Below, piece by piece: positions 25,860 to 37,300 of a stretch of 63,209 nt of DNA (positions within the stretch are counted from its first letter, which is position 1; each line of letters begins with the position of its first letter). This stretch comes from Pseudomonadota bacterium (lineage in GTDB: Bacteria > Myxococcota_A > Polyangia > Polyangiales > JAFGIB01): contig JADGRE010000005.1 of assembly GCA_017881185.1 (NCBI GenBank), forward strand, positions 1 to 63,209, given 5' to 3'. The position numbers and the translations under genes are program-made. The notes under the pieces were generated by a model, which worked only from the letters and a program-made list of their open reading frames with translations, was not told where the DNA came from and searched no databases.

Positions 25860-27439
25860 TGTCCATGCAGCCTCAACATGCACGTGGTCATTCACGTGCT
25901 TCTTTCGTGGTCTTGGTCGCGGGCCTGCTGCTCGCTGCGTGTGGCGGTTTGCTCCTCGCCGCCTGTGGCGGCGGGGGTGGCGGCGCGAGCGGTGGTGGTT
26001 CGAGCGCTGGTACGGCGACCGTCGGCGGCAAGGTCGTAAAGACCGCCGGCGGTCAGTCCGTGACCCAGGAGGCCCACAACCGTTGGACCGAAGGTCTGAA
26101 GATCTTCAAGATGTACGAGAAGAGCGGCTGGAACAGCGCGCACTGCGGCGAGGCAGCTGACAAATTCGAAGGCGCAGCGGGGGCCCAGTCCAAGTTTGCC
26201 GAAGCGCTGTACATGGCGGGCTTGTCACACGATCGCTGCGGCGAGCGTGACAAGGCGCAGAAATTCTACGGTGACGCGATCCGTGCGAACCCCAAGTTCT
26301 GCAAGGCGCGCGTAGCCATTGCGCTCGAACATCTACGCACGGGTGGCGCCAGCCAGGCCGAGCGCGAGTTCGCGCAGTCCGTGCAGGACGACCCGCAGTG
26401 TACCGAGGGCTACGTGAACCTCGCCATCCTCCAGCGCAAGCGCGGCATCGAGGGCAATAAGGAAGCGCTCTCGAACCTGCGCCGTGCGCTCGCCATCGAC
26501 GCGCAGTACCTGCCTGCGTTCAACGAGATGGCGCTGCTCTACTTGAGCGAGGCCGCAGACAACAAGAAGAAGCTCGATCTCGCGGAGGTCGTGTGCAGCC
26601 AGGCGCAGAAGATCAACGGTAACTACGCCGCGGTCTACAACACCTGGGGTCTCATCGATCTGCAGCGCGACAAGATCATCGACGCTGCCGCCAAGTTCCA
26701 GAAAGCCATGGAGCTCGACGACAAGATGTTCGAGGCCTACATGAACTTCGCGCGCATCACGATCGGCTTCCGCGGCTATCAAGACGCGAAGACCGCGTAC
26801 GAGAAGGCGCTCGCACTGCAGCCGAAGAACTTCGAGGCGCAGATCGGCATCGGTGTGGCGCAGCGTGGCTTGGCGGACAACACCGGCGCGCAGGCGTCGT
26901 ACGAGAAGGCCATGAAGCTCGAGCCGAGCCGCGCCGAGCCGTACTACAACATGGGCTTGCTCTACCAAGACTTCATGAACGGCACTGCCGACGAGATGAA
27001 GAAGGCGCGCTCGTACTACCAGGACTTCCTGAGCAAGGCGGGCTCGGACAAGCGCTACTCGACCGCGATCGACGACGTGACCCGCAAGTGCAAGGTCGAG
27101 GGCGGAAAGAAGCGCGGCAGCGGTCGCAACAAGTGCATCTCCGGCCGCTTGCAGAACATCGATCTCTACCTCGACACCATGAAACAGATGGCCGAGATGG
27201 AGAAGCTGCAGAAGGTGCAGGAGAAGCAGGCTGCGGATCTCGAGGCCCAGGAGAAGGCCGAGAAGGCTGCAGCGGACAAGGCTGCTGCGGAGAAACCACC
27301 AGCAGCGGCACCTGCTCCTGATGCCAACAAGCCCGCGGGTGGTGCAGCCCCGGCTGCCGGCGCGGACAAGGGTGCGGACAAGGGTGCGGACAAGGGTGCC
27401 GACAAGGGCGCAGCCCCAGCCAAGGGAAAAGGTAAGTGA
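25859..27439 (+). CDS. gltE: gliding motility TPR lipoprotein GltE (AglT)
   Basis: ATG 25859 overlaps the gltD stop; LAAC lipobox; TPRs with 'AYMNFARITIGFRGY', 'PYYNMGLLY'; coiled-coil and low-complexity tail. Confidence 0.82.
   Translation: MSMQPQHARGHSRASFVVLVAGLLLAACGGLLLAACGGGGGGASGGGSSAGTATVGGKVVKTAGGQSVTQEAHNRWTEGLKIFKMYEKSGWNSAHCGEAADKFEGAAGAQSKFAEALYMAGLSHDRCGERDKAQKFYGDAIRANPKFCKARVAIALEHLRTGGASQAEREFAQSVQDDPQCTEGYVNLAILQRKRGIEGNKEALSNLRRALAIDAQYLPAFNEMALLYLSEAADNKKKLDLAEVVCSQAQKINGNYAAVYNTWGLIDLQRDKIIDAAAKFQKAMELDDKMFEAYMNFARITIGFRGYQDAKTAYEKALALQPKNFEAQIGIGVAQRGLADNTGAQASYEKAMKLEPSRAEPYYNMGLLYQDFMNGTADEMKKARSYYQDFLSKAGSDKRYSTAIDDVTRKCKVEGGKKRGSGRNKCISGRLQNIDLYLDTMKQMAEMEKLQKVQEKQAADLEAQEKAEKAAADKAAAEKPPAAAPAPDANKPAGGAAPAAGADKGADKGADKGADKGAAPAKGKGK
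27359..27406 (+). repeat. 12-bp tandem repeat x4 encoding (GADK)4
   Basis: GGYGCSGACAAG x4 in the gltE 3' end. Confidence 0.9.
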
Positions 27440-27543
27440 AGGTCTCCCGACTGGGAACCTTTACGGCGCCTCGTTGTCTGACTAGGGTGTGTAGGATCCG
27501 TACATAAAAATCGGAAATTCGAGGAAAAGCTCACCTCGAGCGG

Positions 27544-27573
27544 TTGCGTGATGTGGGTACGCGTAGATAGGCT
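27544..27573 (+). promoter_or_regulatory. internal sigma70-type promoter TTGCGT-N18-TAGGCT for gltF-gltG
   Basis: Hexamers at 27544-27549 and 27568-27573 in the gltE-gltF gap. Confidence 0.5.
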
Positions 27574-27616
27574 GCCCACGGTAGTTTCGAAGAGAATGGT
27601 TACTGGAGAAGAAGTC

Positions 27617-27904
27617 ATGACAAAGCTCACGGTGCTCACGCTGTTAGTGCTTGGAATGATTGGGGTTGCACCGGCACTGGTCGGCCCGTTGGCCAGCCAT
27701 GCGTTGGCTGAGGACGACAAGGGCGGCGCTGCGGCTGGCGGTAACGCCACGTCGTACGACTTCGAAGACGACTTGGTGCAGGGCGACCTGGTGCGGCCCG
27801 ACGGCGAGAACCTGATGGTGCGTCGGCGCGGTGCGCGCGAGTCGCTCATCAAGATCCGGGAGCACTTCGTTCCGGAGCTGCTGAAGTCAGTCGAGAATCT
27901 GTAG
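27617..27904 (+). CDS. gltF: gliding motility protein GltF (CglF)
   Basis: Signal peptide; 'YDFEDDLVQGDLVRPDGE...SLIKIREHFVPELLKSV..L' family signature; GGAG RBS. Confidence 0.9.
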   Translation: MTKLTVLTLLVLGMIGVAPALVGPLASHALAEDDKGGAAAGGNATSYDFEDDLVQGDLVRPDGENLMVRRRGARESLIKIREHFVPELLKSVENL

Positions 27905-28027
27905 TCGCGCTTTTTTCTTGAACTGACACGCGTGAATCCGGGGTAGTTGTCTGCCCCGCGAGGACACTGCTCACTTCTCTGTCAGCGCATTCGCGTTGTA
28001 GGCCCGTTGCACGTTCTGGAGGCTGTG

Positions 28028-30109
28028 GTGGCGATTCCCATTACGTTTCACATCTTTGATGGCGACCAAATCGTTCAGAGCGAGACGCTCACTCAGGACG
28101 TCATCAAGATTGGCAAGCTCGACTCGAGCCACCTGAAGATCGACGACGAGGGCGTGTCGCGCATGCACTCGGTGATCGAGGTGTCTGGGCCGGGCGAGGT
28201 CTACATCATCGATCTCGGGTCGGCGACGGGCACGATCGTCAACGGCCAGCGCGTGAACAAGTCGCGCTTGGAGTCCGGCGATCAGCTGCAGTTCGGCGGC
28301 ACACGGGTCGCTATCGAGCTCGGTGAGGCCGTGCAAGACGAGGCGCCGCAGCGGCCGATGGCGGCGGCTCCGGTGTCGCGTCCGCCGGCTCAACAGGCGA
28401 TGCCCAATCCGTTCGGTGCGCTTGCACAGGCACCTGCAGGTTTCGGTGCGCCCGCGCCGTTGCCCAATCCATTCCAGACGCAGCCGGGTTACTCGGCTCC
28501 GGGCCAACCGCAGCAAGCCTACGCCCAGCCGCAACAGCAGTATGCGGAGCAAGAGTACGCGCAAGACGAGCACGGGCACTACCACGGTCACTACGACGAC
28601 GAGGGCTCGGACGACAACGTGGTCTACCAGTTGGTTCCGCAGACGCCGCCCGTGAATCCGGGCGACATCGACAGCGGCGAGTCCGCGGTCGAGGTCGTCA
28701 TCTTGTGGGGCGAGCTGAGCATCCTGCACGTCGAGCACATGGCGCCGCCGCGTTCGTTCTACGTCGGTGAGTCGACCGACGCCAAGGGCAAGCCGACGAC
28801 CGATTTCCTGATCGGCAGCGAGAGCCTCGGCACCGAGCGCATGCCCGTTGCGATCGAGTCGGGTTCGACGGTGGCCGTGGTGATCCCGCAGGGCGCAACC
28901 GGCGACATCACCGTGAACAACCAGACCATCAGCGTCGAAGAGCTCGCCGCGCAGGGTCAGCTGCAAACCTGCGGCGAGATGGCTGGTGCACGTCAGTACC
29001 CACTGCCGCCAGGCGCGACGGCGCGCATCATGTACCGTGGGTTCACCTTCGTGGTGAAGCCGCTGTCGGCGGCACGCCGCGTCGGTATCGGCGACGGTCC
29101 GAGGGTCGACTGGAAGGGCTACATCTGGACGATCGCCTCGATGGCGTTCCACGCCGGCTTGCTCTTGCTGTTCTACTTCCTGCCTCCGCGTTCTTCGTCT
29201 CTTTCGCTCGACCTGCTCAATGCGGACTCGCGCTTGGTCAAGTACTTGATCGAGCCGCCCGAGGTGGCGGAAGAGGAGACGCCCGAGTGGCTGCAGGAGA
29301 ACAAGGACGACGACGAGGGCGGCAAGGGCAAGCGTCACAAAGACGAAGAAGGCCAGATGGGCAAGAAGGACGAGAAGAAGACCAAAAATAAGTTTGGTAT
29401 CGAAGGTCCTCAGAACAACGAAGATCCCCACATGGCCCGCGACGAGGCCAAAGAGCAGGCGGCGAACGCCGGCATCATCGGCATCTTGAAGGCCAGCGTC
29501 GGTTCGTGGAACTCGCCGACCTCGCCCTACGGTCGTGACACGGCGCTCGGCGGCGACCCGATGAGCGCGCTCGGTGCCCTGATGGGTGACCAAATCGGTG
29601 GCAACTTCGGCTTCGGCGGTCTCGGCCTGCGCGGCACCGGTCGCGGCGGCGGTGGTACCGGCGAAGGCACCATCGGTCTCGGCAACATCGGCACCATCGG
29701 CCATGGCGCCGGCGGTGGCAGCGGTTCGGGCTACGGTAGCGGCGCTGGCGGCTTCCATGGTCGCGAGGCCAAGGTGCCCCGCATCCGCAGCGGTCAGGCC
29801 GACGTCCACGGCTCGCTCTCGAAAGAGGTCATTCGCCGTATCATTGGCCGCCATATCAACGAGGTGCGCTTCTGCTACGAACAAGAGCTGAACACGCGTC
29901 CTGACCTCCAGGGCCGCATCTCGATCAAGTTCATCATCTCGCCGACGGGCGCCGTGCAGACGGCCGCCGTCGACAACTCCGACATGGGCAATGCCAAGGT
30001 CGAGCAGTGCATCGCGCAGGCGGTGCGTCGTTGGACCTTCCCGGCGCCAGAGGGCGGCGGCATCGTCGTGGTCAGCTATCCGTTCGTGCTCCAGCAGACG
30101 GGTGGTTGA
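28028..30109 (+). CDS. gltG: gliding motility protein GltG (PglI): FHA - TM - TonB/AgmX-PglI C-terminal domain
   Basis: N-terminal FHA ('IKIGK...VSRMHS...IDLGSATGT.VNG'); one TM; Gly-rich linker; 'GSLSKEVIRRII...RFCYEQEL...WTFPAPEGGGIVVVSYPF'. GTG start after GGAGG. Confidence 0.9.
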   Translation: MAIPITFHIFDGDQIVQSETLTQDVIKIGKLDSSHLKIDDEGVSRMHSVIEVSGPGEVYIIDLGSATGTIVNGQRVNKSRLESGDQLQFGGTRVAIELGEAVQDEAPQRPMAAAPVSRPPAQQAMPNPFGALAQAPAGFGAPAPLPNPFQTQPGYSAPGQPQQAYAQPQQQYAEQEYAQDEHGHYHGHYDDEGSDDNVVYQLVPQTPPVNPGDIDSGESAVEVVILWGELSILHVEHMAPPRSFYVGESTDAKGKPTTDFLIGSESLGTERMPVAIESGSTVAVVIPQGATGDITVNNQTISVEELAAQGQLQTCGEMAGARQYPLPPGATARIMYRGFTFVVKPLSAARRVGIGDGPRVDWKGYIWTIASMAFHAGLLLLFYFLPPRSSSLSLDLLNADSRLVKYLIEPPEVAEEETPEWLQENKDDDEGGKGKRHKDEEGQMGKKDEKKTKNKFGIEGPQNNEDPHMARDEAKEQAANAGIIGILKASVGSWNSPTSPYGRDTALGGDPMSALGALMGDQIGGNFGFGGLGLRGTGRGGGGTGEGTIGLGNIGTIGHGAGGGSGSGYGSGAGGFHGREAKVPRIRSGQADVHGSLSKEVIRRIIGRHINEVRFCYEQELNTRPDLQGRISIKFIISPTGAVQTAAVDNSDMGNAKVEQCIAQAVRRWTFPAPEGGGIVVVSYPFVLQQTGG

Positions 30110-30152
30110 TAACCGACACGGTCGAGTCCGTAACTGGACTTGAGTTTTGAAC

Positions 30153-30195
30153 ATCGGGCGGATCCTGCAGCTGGGGGGTCCGCTCGATTTGTTTT
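30153..30195 (+). terminator. intrinsic terminator after gltG
   Basis: ATCGGGCGGATCC...GGGTCCGCTCGAT stem (with G-U pairs) followed by TTGTTTT. Confidence 0.7.
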
Positions 30196-30289
30196 GGCAG
30201 TCCACGATGGTTGGTCGGTATGGTCCCCGACCAGGCGTCGCACGGGGGCTCGGGCAGGAAATTCAGGCTGCAACTTCGCTAATTTGCGA

Positions 30290-30319
30290 TTGAGCTTGGC
30301 CCCCCGTTTCTCGTAACAT
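30290..30319 (+). promoter_or_regulatory. sigma70-type promoter TTGAGC-N18-TAACAT
   Basis: Upstream of the AAGGAG RBS of the TPR gene. Confidence 0.5.
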
Positions 30320-30351
30320 CCCAGGGCCACTGTTCCTAAGGAGCCATTCCC

Positions 30352-31245
30352 ATGAAGCGGTTCAAATTGCTGGTGTCGGGTCTGGTCACGGTCTTCGTGT
30401 GCATGGCTGGTGATTGCTCGCGCGCCCGCGTCGAGTCGGTCAACAAGATGAACGAGGGCGTGACGGCTGCAGTGCAGAAGCGCTACGTCGATGCGACCAA
30501 GCTGCTCGAGAGCGCCGCGGCCATCGACCCCGAGAACGACCAGGTGTTCTGGAACATGGCGCTGGTCCACATGGAGCTGCGCAAGTACGACCGCGCGCGC
30601 GAGGATCTGCAGAAGGCGATCGCGCTGAACGCGAAGTCGGGTGGCTATCAGGAGAAGCTCGGTACGATTCTGATCGAGCTGAAAGACTGGCCGGCGGCCA
30701 AGACGGCGTTCGAGAAGGCCATCGAGCTCGAGCCCGATCTCTTCAAGGCGCACTACAAGCTTGCGCAGGTCAACGAGCAGCTCGATGACCAGCAGAGCGC
30801 GCTCAAGAACTACACGGCGGCGATCGACAAGGGTCCGCGTTTCCTCGAAGCGTACAACGCGCTCGGCCGCCTCTACGCCGACCTCGGCTACATGGACAAT
30901 TCCGTGCAGGTGCTGCAGGAGGCGCTGAAGGTTGCGTTGCCGGGCACCGAGGAAGAGGCGCAAGCGCATCACTTGCTCGGCACTGTGTATCAGCAGCAGA
31001 AGAAGTACGCGGATGCAGTGCGCGAGTTCAAGGCCGCGCTCGATGTGGTTCCAGGCATGCGCGACGCGCTCTTTTCGCTCGGCTGGACGTACCAGCTGCA
31101 GGGCAACAAAGACGAAGCGAAGCGCTACCTGCAGAAGTTCGTGGATGTCGCAGGGGCGGAAGCGCCTGCGCATTATGTGAAGGCGGCACGCGACAAGATT
31201 GCTGAGATGGCGGAAGGCTTTGCTACTTCCGCAGCGAACGAATAG
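30352..31245 (+). CDS. exported TPR protein (possible lipoprotein)
   Basis: Signal-like N-terminus with 'AGDC'; about 7 TPRs. Confidence 0.85.
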   Translation: MKRFKLLVSGLVTVFVCMAGDCSRARVESVNKMNEGVTAAVQKRYVDATKLLESAAAIDPENDQVFWNMALVHMELRKYDRAREDLQKAIALNAKSGGYQEKLGTILIELKDWPAAKTAFEKAIELEPDLFKAHYKLAQVNEQLDDQQSALKNYTAAIDKGPRFLEAYNALGRLYADLGYMDNSVQVLQEALKVALPGTEEEAQAHHLLGTVYQQQKKYADAVREFKAALDVVPGMRDALFSLGWTYQLQGNKDEAKRYLQKFVDVAGAEAPAHYVKAARDKIAEMAEGFATSAANE

Positions 31246-31260
31246 CGCGTCGCACGAACA

Positions 31261-31290
31261 CAGGGCACGCATCGCGTGCGCTGGTTTTTG
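31261..31290 (+). terminator. possible terminator or attenuator before gltI
   Basis: GCACGC-ATC-GCGTGC stem extended by CAG/CTG and followed by GTTTTT. Confidence 0.45.
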
Positions 31291-31361
31291 CCGCGAGGGG
31301 TGCAGCGGGCAACTCGGCACGCACCCACAGGCTCTCATTAGGTGGATCGCAGGAGGCTTCG

Positions 31362-34300
31362 GTGTCGGATAACGACGTTTCCGTTTCCAGTCAGGCCGAG
31401 GAGGAAGTTCAAGAAGCGGGGGCCGAGCAAGCGAGCGCGAGCGGGGAGGCCAGCCCCGCGCCACGCGAGCTGACTGACGCCGATCGAGCCAAGCTCGCCG
31501 AGCTGTCGGAGGCCGTCGAGAAATTCACGGCGGCCAAGCGCTGGTCGGACGTGATCAAGGCGATCCTGCAGAAGGCCGACATCGTCGTCGACGTCGCCGA
31601 AAAGGCCGCGTTGCTCAGCGAAGCCGGGCGCATGTACATCGAGCGTTCGTCGAACCAGGCCGAAGCCATCAAGTGCTTCCAGCGCGTGCTGGACGCTGAC
31701 CGCGGCAACGTCGAAGCCATCGGGCATCTCAAGGAGATGTACGAGAAGCGCCGTGACTGGGAGCGTTTGGTCGATGTGATGCGGGCCGAATGCGAGCTCC
31801 TCGACGCAAGCGACCAGCCGATGCGCCGGCTCGAGATCGCCCAGATGGCGAACGAGAAGCTGCGCAAGCCGAACGTGTGCATCGATCTGTGGCGTGAGGT
31901 GCTCGCGGTGGACGGCGACAATGCCGAGGCGCTCACTGCGCTTTCCGGGTTGTACGAGCGTGCGCGCGAGTGGGCGCCCCTGGCCGAGGTGCTCGATCGC
32001 CAGAGTCAGCTCGCCAAAGACAACGCCGAGGTGATCGCGCTCTTGCAGAAGCTCGGCAACGTGTACGCCGAGAAGCTGCAGGACGACAACGGTGCGTTGC
32101 AGGCCTACCGGCACTTGTTGGAGCTCGACCCGAACGATCGCCGCGCTCAGGAGCAGCTGAAGAAGCGCTGGGTGGCGACCGGCGCGTGGGACGAGCTCGA
32201 AGAGTTCTATGCTTCGACCGACAAGATCGACGAGCTGATTCGTACGCTCGAGCGTGCGGCAGACGCGACCACCAGCGAGCTCGCCGAGCGCATCTCGCTC
32301 TTGTTCCGCATCGCGCGCATCTGGCAGGACAAGAAGGGCGCCGCGGATCGCGCAGCTCGCTCGTACGAGAAGGTGCTGGCGCTCGACGCGAACAACCAGG
32401 AAGCGGCCGAAGCGCTGTCGCCCATCTACGAGCAGGCGGGCGACGCGAAGAAGCTTGCCAGCGTGTACGAGGTGCGTCTCAAGCACCTGCAGGAGCCAGA
32501 ACCGCGCGTGGTGCTGCTGCGCGAGACCGGCTTGCTCTACGAAGAGAAGCTACGCAACCCGCAGCTGGCGTTCGATCGCTTCCTCGAGGCCTTCGTGCTC
32601 GACCCGAAGCAGAGCGTGCTGCGTGAGGATCTCGACCGTCTTGCCGGTAAGGTGAACGGCTGGGAGAAGATCTTCGCGGCGTATGGCACTGCCATCGAAG
32701 CGGCGACGCATCCCGACGACGCCAACGACCTGCGCCTCTTCTACGGCAACGCCCTGGCCGGTCAGGGCAAGACCAAGGAAGCGATAGCGCAGTTCCGTGC
32801 GGTCTACGAGGATCGCGGCGACGACCAGACGGCCATCGCGGCGCTCGAGAAGCTGTACCGTGAGACGAGCGACTTCCAGGCACTGCTCGGCGTGTTGTCG
32901 CGCCGCTCGGAGCTGGAGAGCGACGTCGAGGTGCGCAAGCAACTCGCGTACGCCATCGCGCAGCTCTGGCACGAGCACCTCGACAACGCTGACCAAGCTA
33001 TCGAGGCGTACAAGAACATCCCCGTCGAGTTCGGCGAGGGCGAGACCGAGGCGTATCGCGCCCTCGACGCGCTGTACGAGCAGCAAGAGCGCTGGGACGA
33101 CCTCGCGCAGACCCTCGAGCACCGCATCGACATGGGCCCGGCAGGGCACGAAGAGCTGGCTGCGCTGAAGTTCAGGCTGGCTGGCGTGCTCCACCAGCAT
33201 CTCAAGGGCAAAGCGCGCGCGGTGGAGCTGTACCGCGAAGTGCTCACCTTGATGCCGGAGCACGAGGGCGCGCTCGCGGCGCTCGAGAGCTTGCTGTCGG
33301 ACGAGGAGCTCGGTGGGCAGGCTGCTGCGATCGCGATCGAACTCTACGAGTCTCACGCCAACTTCGCCAAGCTCGTGCCTGCTCTAGAGGTGCTGCTGAA
33401 GTTCACCACGGAACAGGAACGGCGCATCGATCTCATCACCAAGATCGGCGAAGTGCGCGCTGATCAGCTGCACGACGGCGCGGGTGCGTTCGCGGCGTAC
33501 GCGATAGCGTTCGAGGAAGCGCCCGAGAACCCGGGCATCGTGGCTCGCTTGCTCGGCCTGGCGAAGGAACAAAAGCGCCTGGGCGACATGGTGCGCCTGC
33601 TGGAAGCGCGCGCGCAGAAGTTGGACGACGTGGCGCTCATGCGCCAGCTGCTCATCATGGCAGCGGAGCTGCATGACAACGAGCTGGGCGATGTGGACGC
33701 TGCCGTTGCAGCTTACATGAAGGCGCTGGAGCGCGACGAGGCCGACGAGGAAATCCTGGCGGCCCTTGAGGCGCTGTATCGGCGCACCGAGCGCTGGCGC
33801 GACCTGCTCGACGTGTTGCGTCGGCGTGTGACCATCAGCTCGGATCCGGCCGCGCAAGAGCAGTTGCTCGCGCAAATGGCGTTCATTCACGACGAGATGC
33901 TGACGGAGCCTGAGGCGGCCATCCGCATCTATGCGGAGATCCTCACGCTCGACCCAACGAGCCAGGCCGCCCTCAGTGCGCTCGACGGGCTCTACGAGCG
34001 CAAGGGTATGTGGAGCGATCTCGCCGACAATGTCGGCCGTCAGCTGTCGCTGGCCGAAGACGACCAGCAGCAGATCGCGTTGATGTTGAAGCTCGGCCTG
34101 CTGCGCGAGACGCGCATGAATGCGCCCGAGGCCGCGATCGAGATCTACCGCGAGGTGCTGGAACGCGACCCGGCGAACGCGCCGGCGATCGAAGCGCTCG
34201 AGCGCTTGCTGGCGCTGCCGGAATACCAGCTGCAGATCGCGGAGATTCTGGAGCCGCTGTACCGTGACGCCAACCAGTATCAGAAGCTCGTCGGCATCCA

Positions 34301-37300
34301 CGACATTCAGGTGAAGAACAGCAGCTCCGCGGATCAGCGCGTGGAGCTCTTGCATCGGATGGCCGAGCTCCACGAGGTCGCGCTCGCGGACCTCGGCAGC
34401 GCGTTCAAGACCTTTGCTCGCGCGCTCGGGGAAGACCCGGGTAACTTGGCGACACGCGATCAACTCGACCGCATCGCGGCGAGCGCGGGTTCGTTCCAGG
34501 CGCTCGCCGAGGTGTACGAGGGCCTGGTGCAAGGCACGACCGACCCGGCGACTCTCGTGTCGCTCCACACCAAGGCTGCACAGATCCGCGAAGAACACGT
34601 CGCGGATACAACGGCCGCGATCGAGCACTACAAGCGTGTGCTCGAGATCGACGAAACGAACCTCGATGCGGCTACGGCGCTCGAGCGTTTGTATCAGGTT
34701 GCAGAGCGCTACGAAGAGCTCGCGCAGATCTTCCTGACGAAGGCCGCACTGCTCTCGGATCCGGAGGAACAGAAGGGCTATCTGTTCCGTGCGGGCGCTA
34801 TCTACGAAGAGGTGCTGGAGCAACCGCAGGCCGCGATCGAAGTGTACGGTCGCGTGCTGCAGATCGACGCCGAGGACGTCGGCGCGCTCGATAAGTTGAT
34901 CCGCCTGCATCTGCAGCTCAAGCAGTGGGAGAAGCTGCTCGCAGTGTACGGACAGAAGGCGGATGTCGTCGCCGACGCCGACGAGAAGAAGGGCTTGTAC
35001 ATACAGATCGGCGCCGTGTACGAGCGCGAGCTGGGTCAGCCGGAGAAGGCGATCGAGACCTACCAGCGCGTGCTGGAGCTCGACCCGGACGACGTGCAAG
35101 CGCTGTCGCGGCTCGATGCGCTGTACCAGACGGCGGGCAAGGCCGACGAGCTCTTGTCGGTGCTCGAGCGCGAAGCAGAGCTCGCGTCGGACCCGGCGCA
35201 AGCCATCGATCACCGCTATCGCATCGGCGAGCTGTACGAGCAGAAGCTGAACGACGCGTTCCGCGCGGTCGAAGTGTATCGCGAGATCCTGGACGTCATC
35301 CCGGATCACGCCCCCACTCTGGTGGCGCTGGAGCGCATGATCGACGCAGGTCGCGAGCCCATGGCCGCGGCGGCCGTGCTGGAGCCGATCTACCGGGCCG
35401 CGGTGGATTCTGCGCGCCTGGCGCGCGTGCTCGAAGTGCTGATCACGCACGAGGAAGATCCGATCCGCAAGGTCGAGCTCTTGCATCAAGTTGCGGAGAT
35501 CTACGAAGTGCACCTCGAACAGCCGCGTCAGGCGTTCGATGCTTTTGCACGCGCGTTCCCGATCGACTGCCAGAACGAGAGCACGATTGCAGCGCTGGAT
35601 CGCTTGGCCGAGCGCCTGGCGTGCTGGAACGACCTGGCTGCGCTGTACGACCGCGAGATTGCGCGGCTCCGCGAGGAGACACCGGACGCGGCAATCGCGC
35701 TGGCACTGCGTTTAGCGCAGGTCTTCGAGGTGCAGCTCGGTGACGTGCATTCTGCCGTCGCGCGTTACCGCATCGTGTTCGACACGGATCCGGCGCACGT
35801 GCAGGCCATCGAGGCCCTCGATCGCCTGTACGAGGGCACAGAGCAGTGGGCGCAGCTGGCCGAGATCTTGGAACGCAAGGTCGAGGTGGCGAGCAGTCCG
35901 GACGAGATTCTGGGCATTCACTACCGCCTCGGTCAGCTGCAACAGAACCGTCTGGGCAGTGTGGCGCGCGCAGTGGAGCGTTACCGCGAGATTCTTGCCG
36001 CAGCACCCGAGCACGAAGAGGCGCTGCGTGCGCTCGAGGGCTTGTTCGCGCAGGGCATCCTGACGGGGCCCATCGGGGAGATCCTCGAGCCGCTGTATCG
36101 CATGCAGGAGGCTTGGGACCGTCTGATCGGCGTGCACGAGGCCGAGCTGCGGCTTCAAGCCGATGTGCAGGAGCGTGTGTTGGCGATGCACCGCATCGCG
36201 GAGATCGCCGAAGAGCGTGCTGGCGACCAGATCAGTGCCTTCACCTGGATGCAGCGCGCGTTGATGGAGGACCCGGGCAACGAACAGTCGAGCTCGGAGG
36301 TGGAGCGGCTTGCACAGCTCGTCGACGGTTGGGCGATTCTCGCGAGCACCTACGCCGGCATTGCGGCTTCGACTGGGTCGCGCGTGTCGACCGGGATCCG
36401 CGTCGCGACGGGCAAGCGTCTGGCGCGCGTGTACGAAGACGAGCTCGGTGACCTTGCACGTGCCGAGGAGAGCTACCGCTACATCGTGGCGCTCGATGGG
36501 CGTGACGAAGACGTGCTGGTGGCGCTCGATCGCATCTACACCGACAACGGCGCCGGCGAGGCGCTCGCCGAGGTACTGAAGAAACGTGTTGCGGCGACGA
36601 GCGATGATCGCGAGAAGGTCGAGCTCTCGCACCGCCTGGGCAACGTGCTGTGGAACGAGTGCCGCCGCACGGACGAAGCGATCGCGGTGTACCGGCACTT
36701 GCTCGACAAGCTCGATGCGCAGCACGAGGACACGCTGCACGCACTGCAGAATGTCTACACGTGCATCCAGAGCTGGCCGCAGCTCTTCGAGATGTACGAG
36801 AAGGAGCTCGATGTCGTGGTCGGGGACTCGGCGCAGGCGGAGATTCTCGGGCGCATGGCGATGCTCGCGGCCACGCGGCTGGGCAACTACGAGCGCGCTG
36901 TGGAGCTCTTGCGCAAGGTGCTCGATCTCCTCGGGGAAGATCCCGAGGCGCTCAACACTTTGGGCAACATCTACGCGCTCCAGGAGAACTGGACGGATCT
37001 CGTCGACGTGCTCGAGCGCGAAGTCGCGGTGAGCGACGACGATCAGATGCGCATGAAGATCTACGGCGATCTCGGCCGCATCTGGTACGAGAAGCTGCAT
37101 CGTGATCGCAACGCGCTCGAGAGCTGGGAGCGCGTGCTCGATCTCGACTCGAGCAACACCGAGGCGCTGTTCGCGATTGCCTCGATTCACCGCGCCGCGG
37201 CTTCGTACAACGATCTCGTGGACACGCTGCATCGCGTGATCGACGTGGGCACGGCGACGCTGGCCGACACGGAGGTCGAGAACGTCTACATGGAGCTTGG

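Noticed and set aside
27905-27920. T-run after gltF as a terminator
   Set aside because: No convincing stem precedes it.
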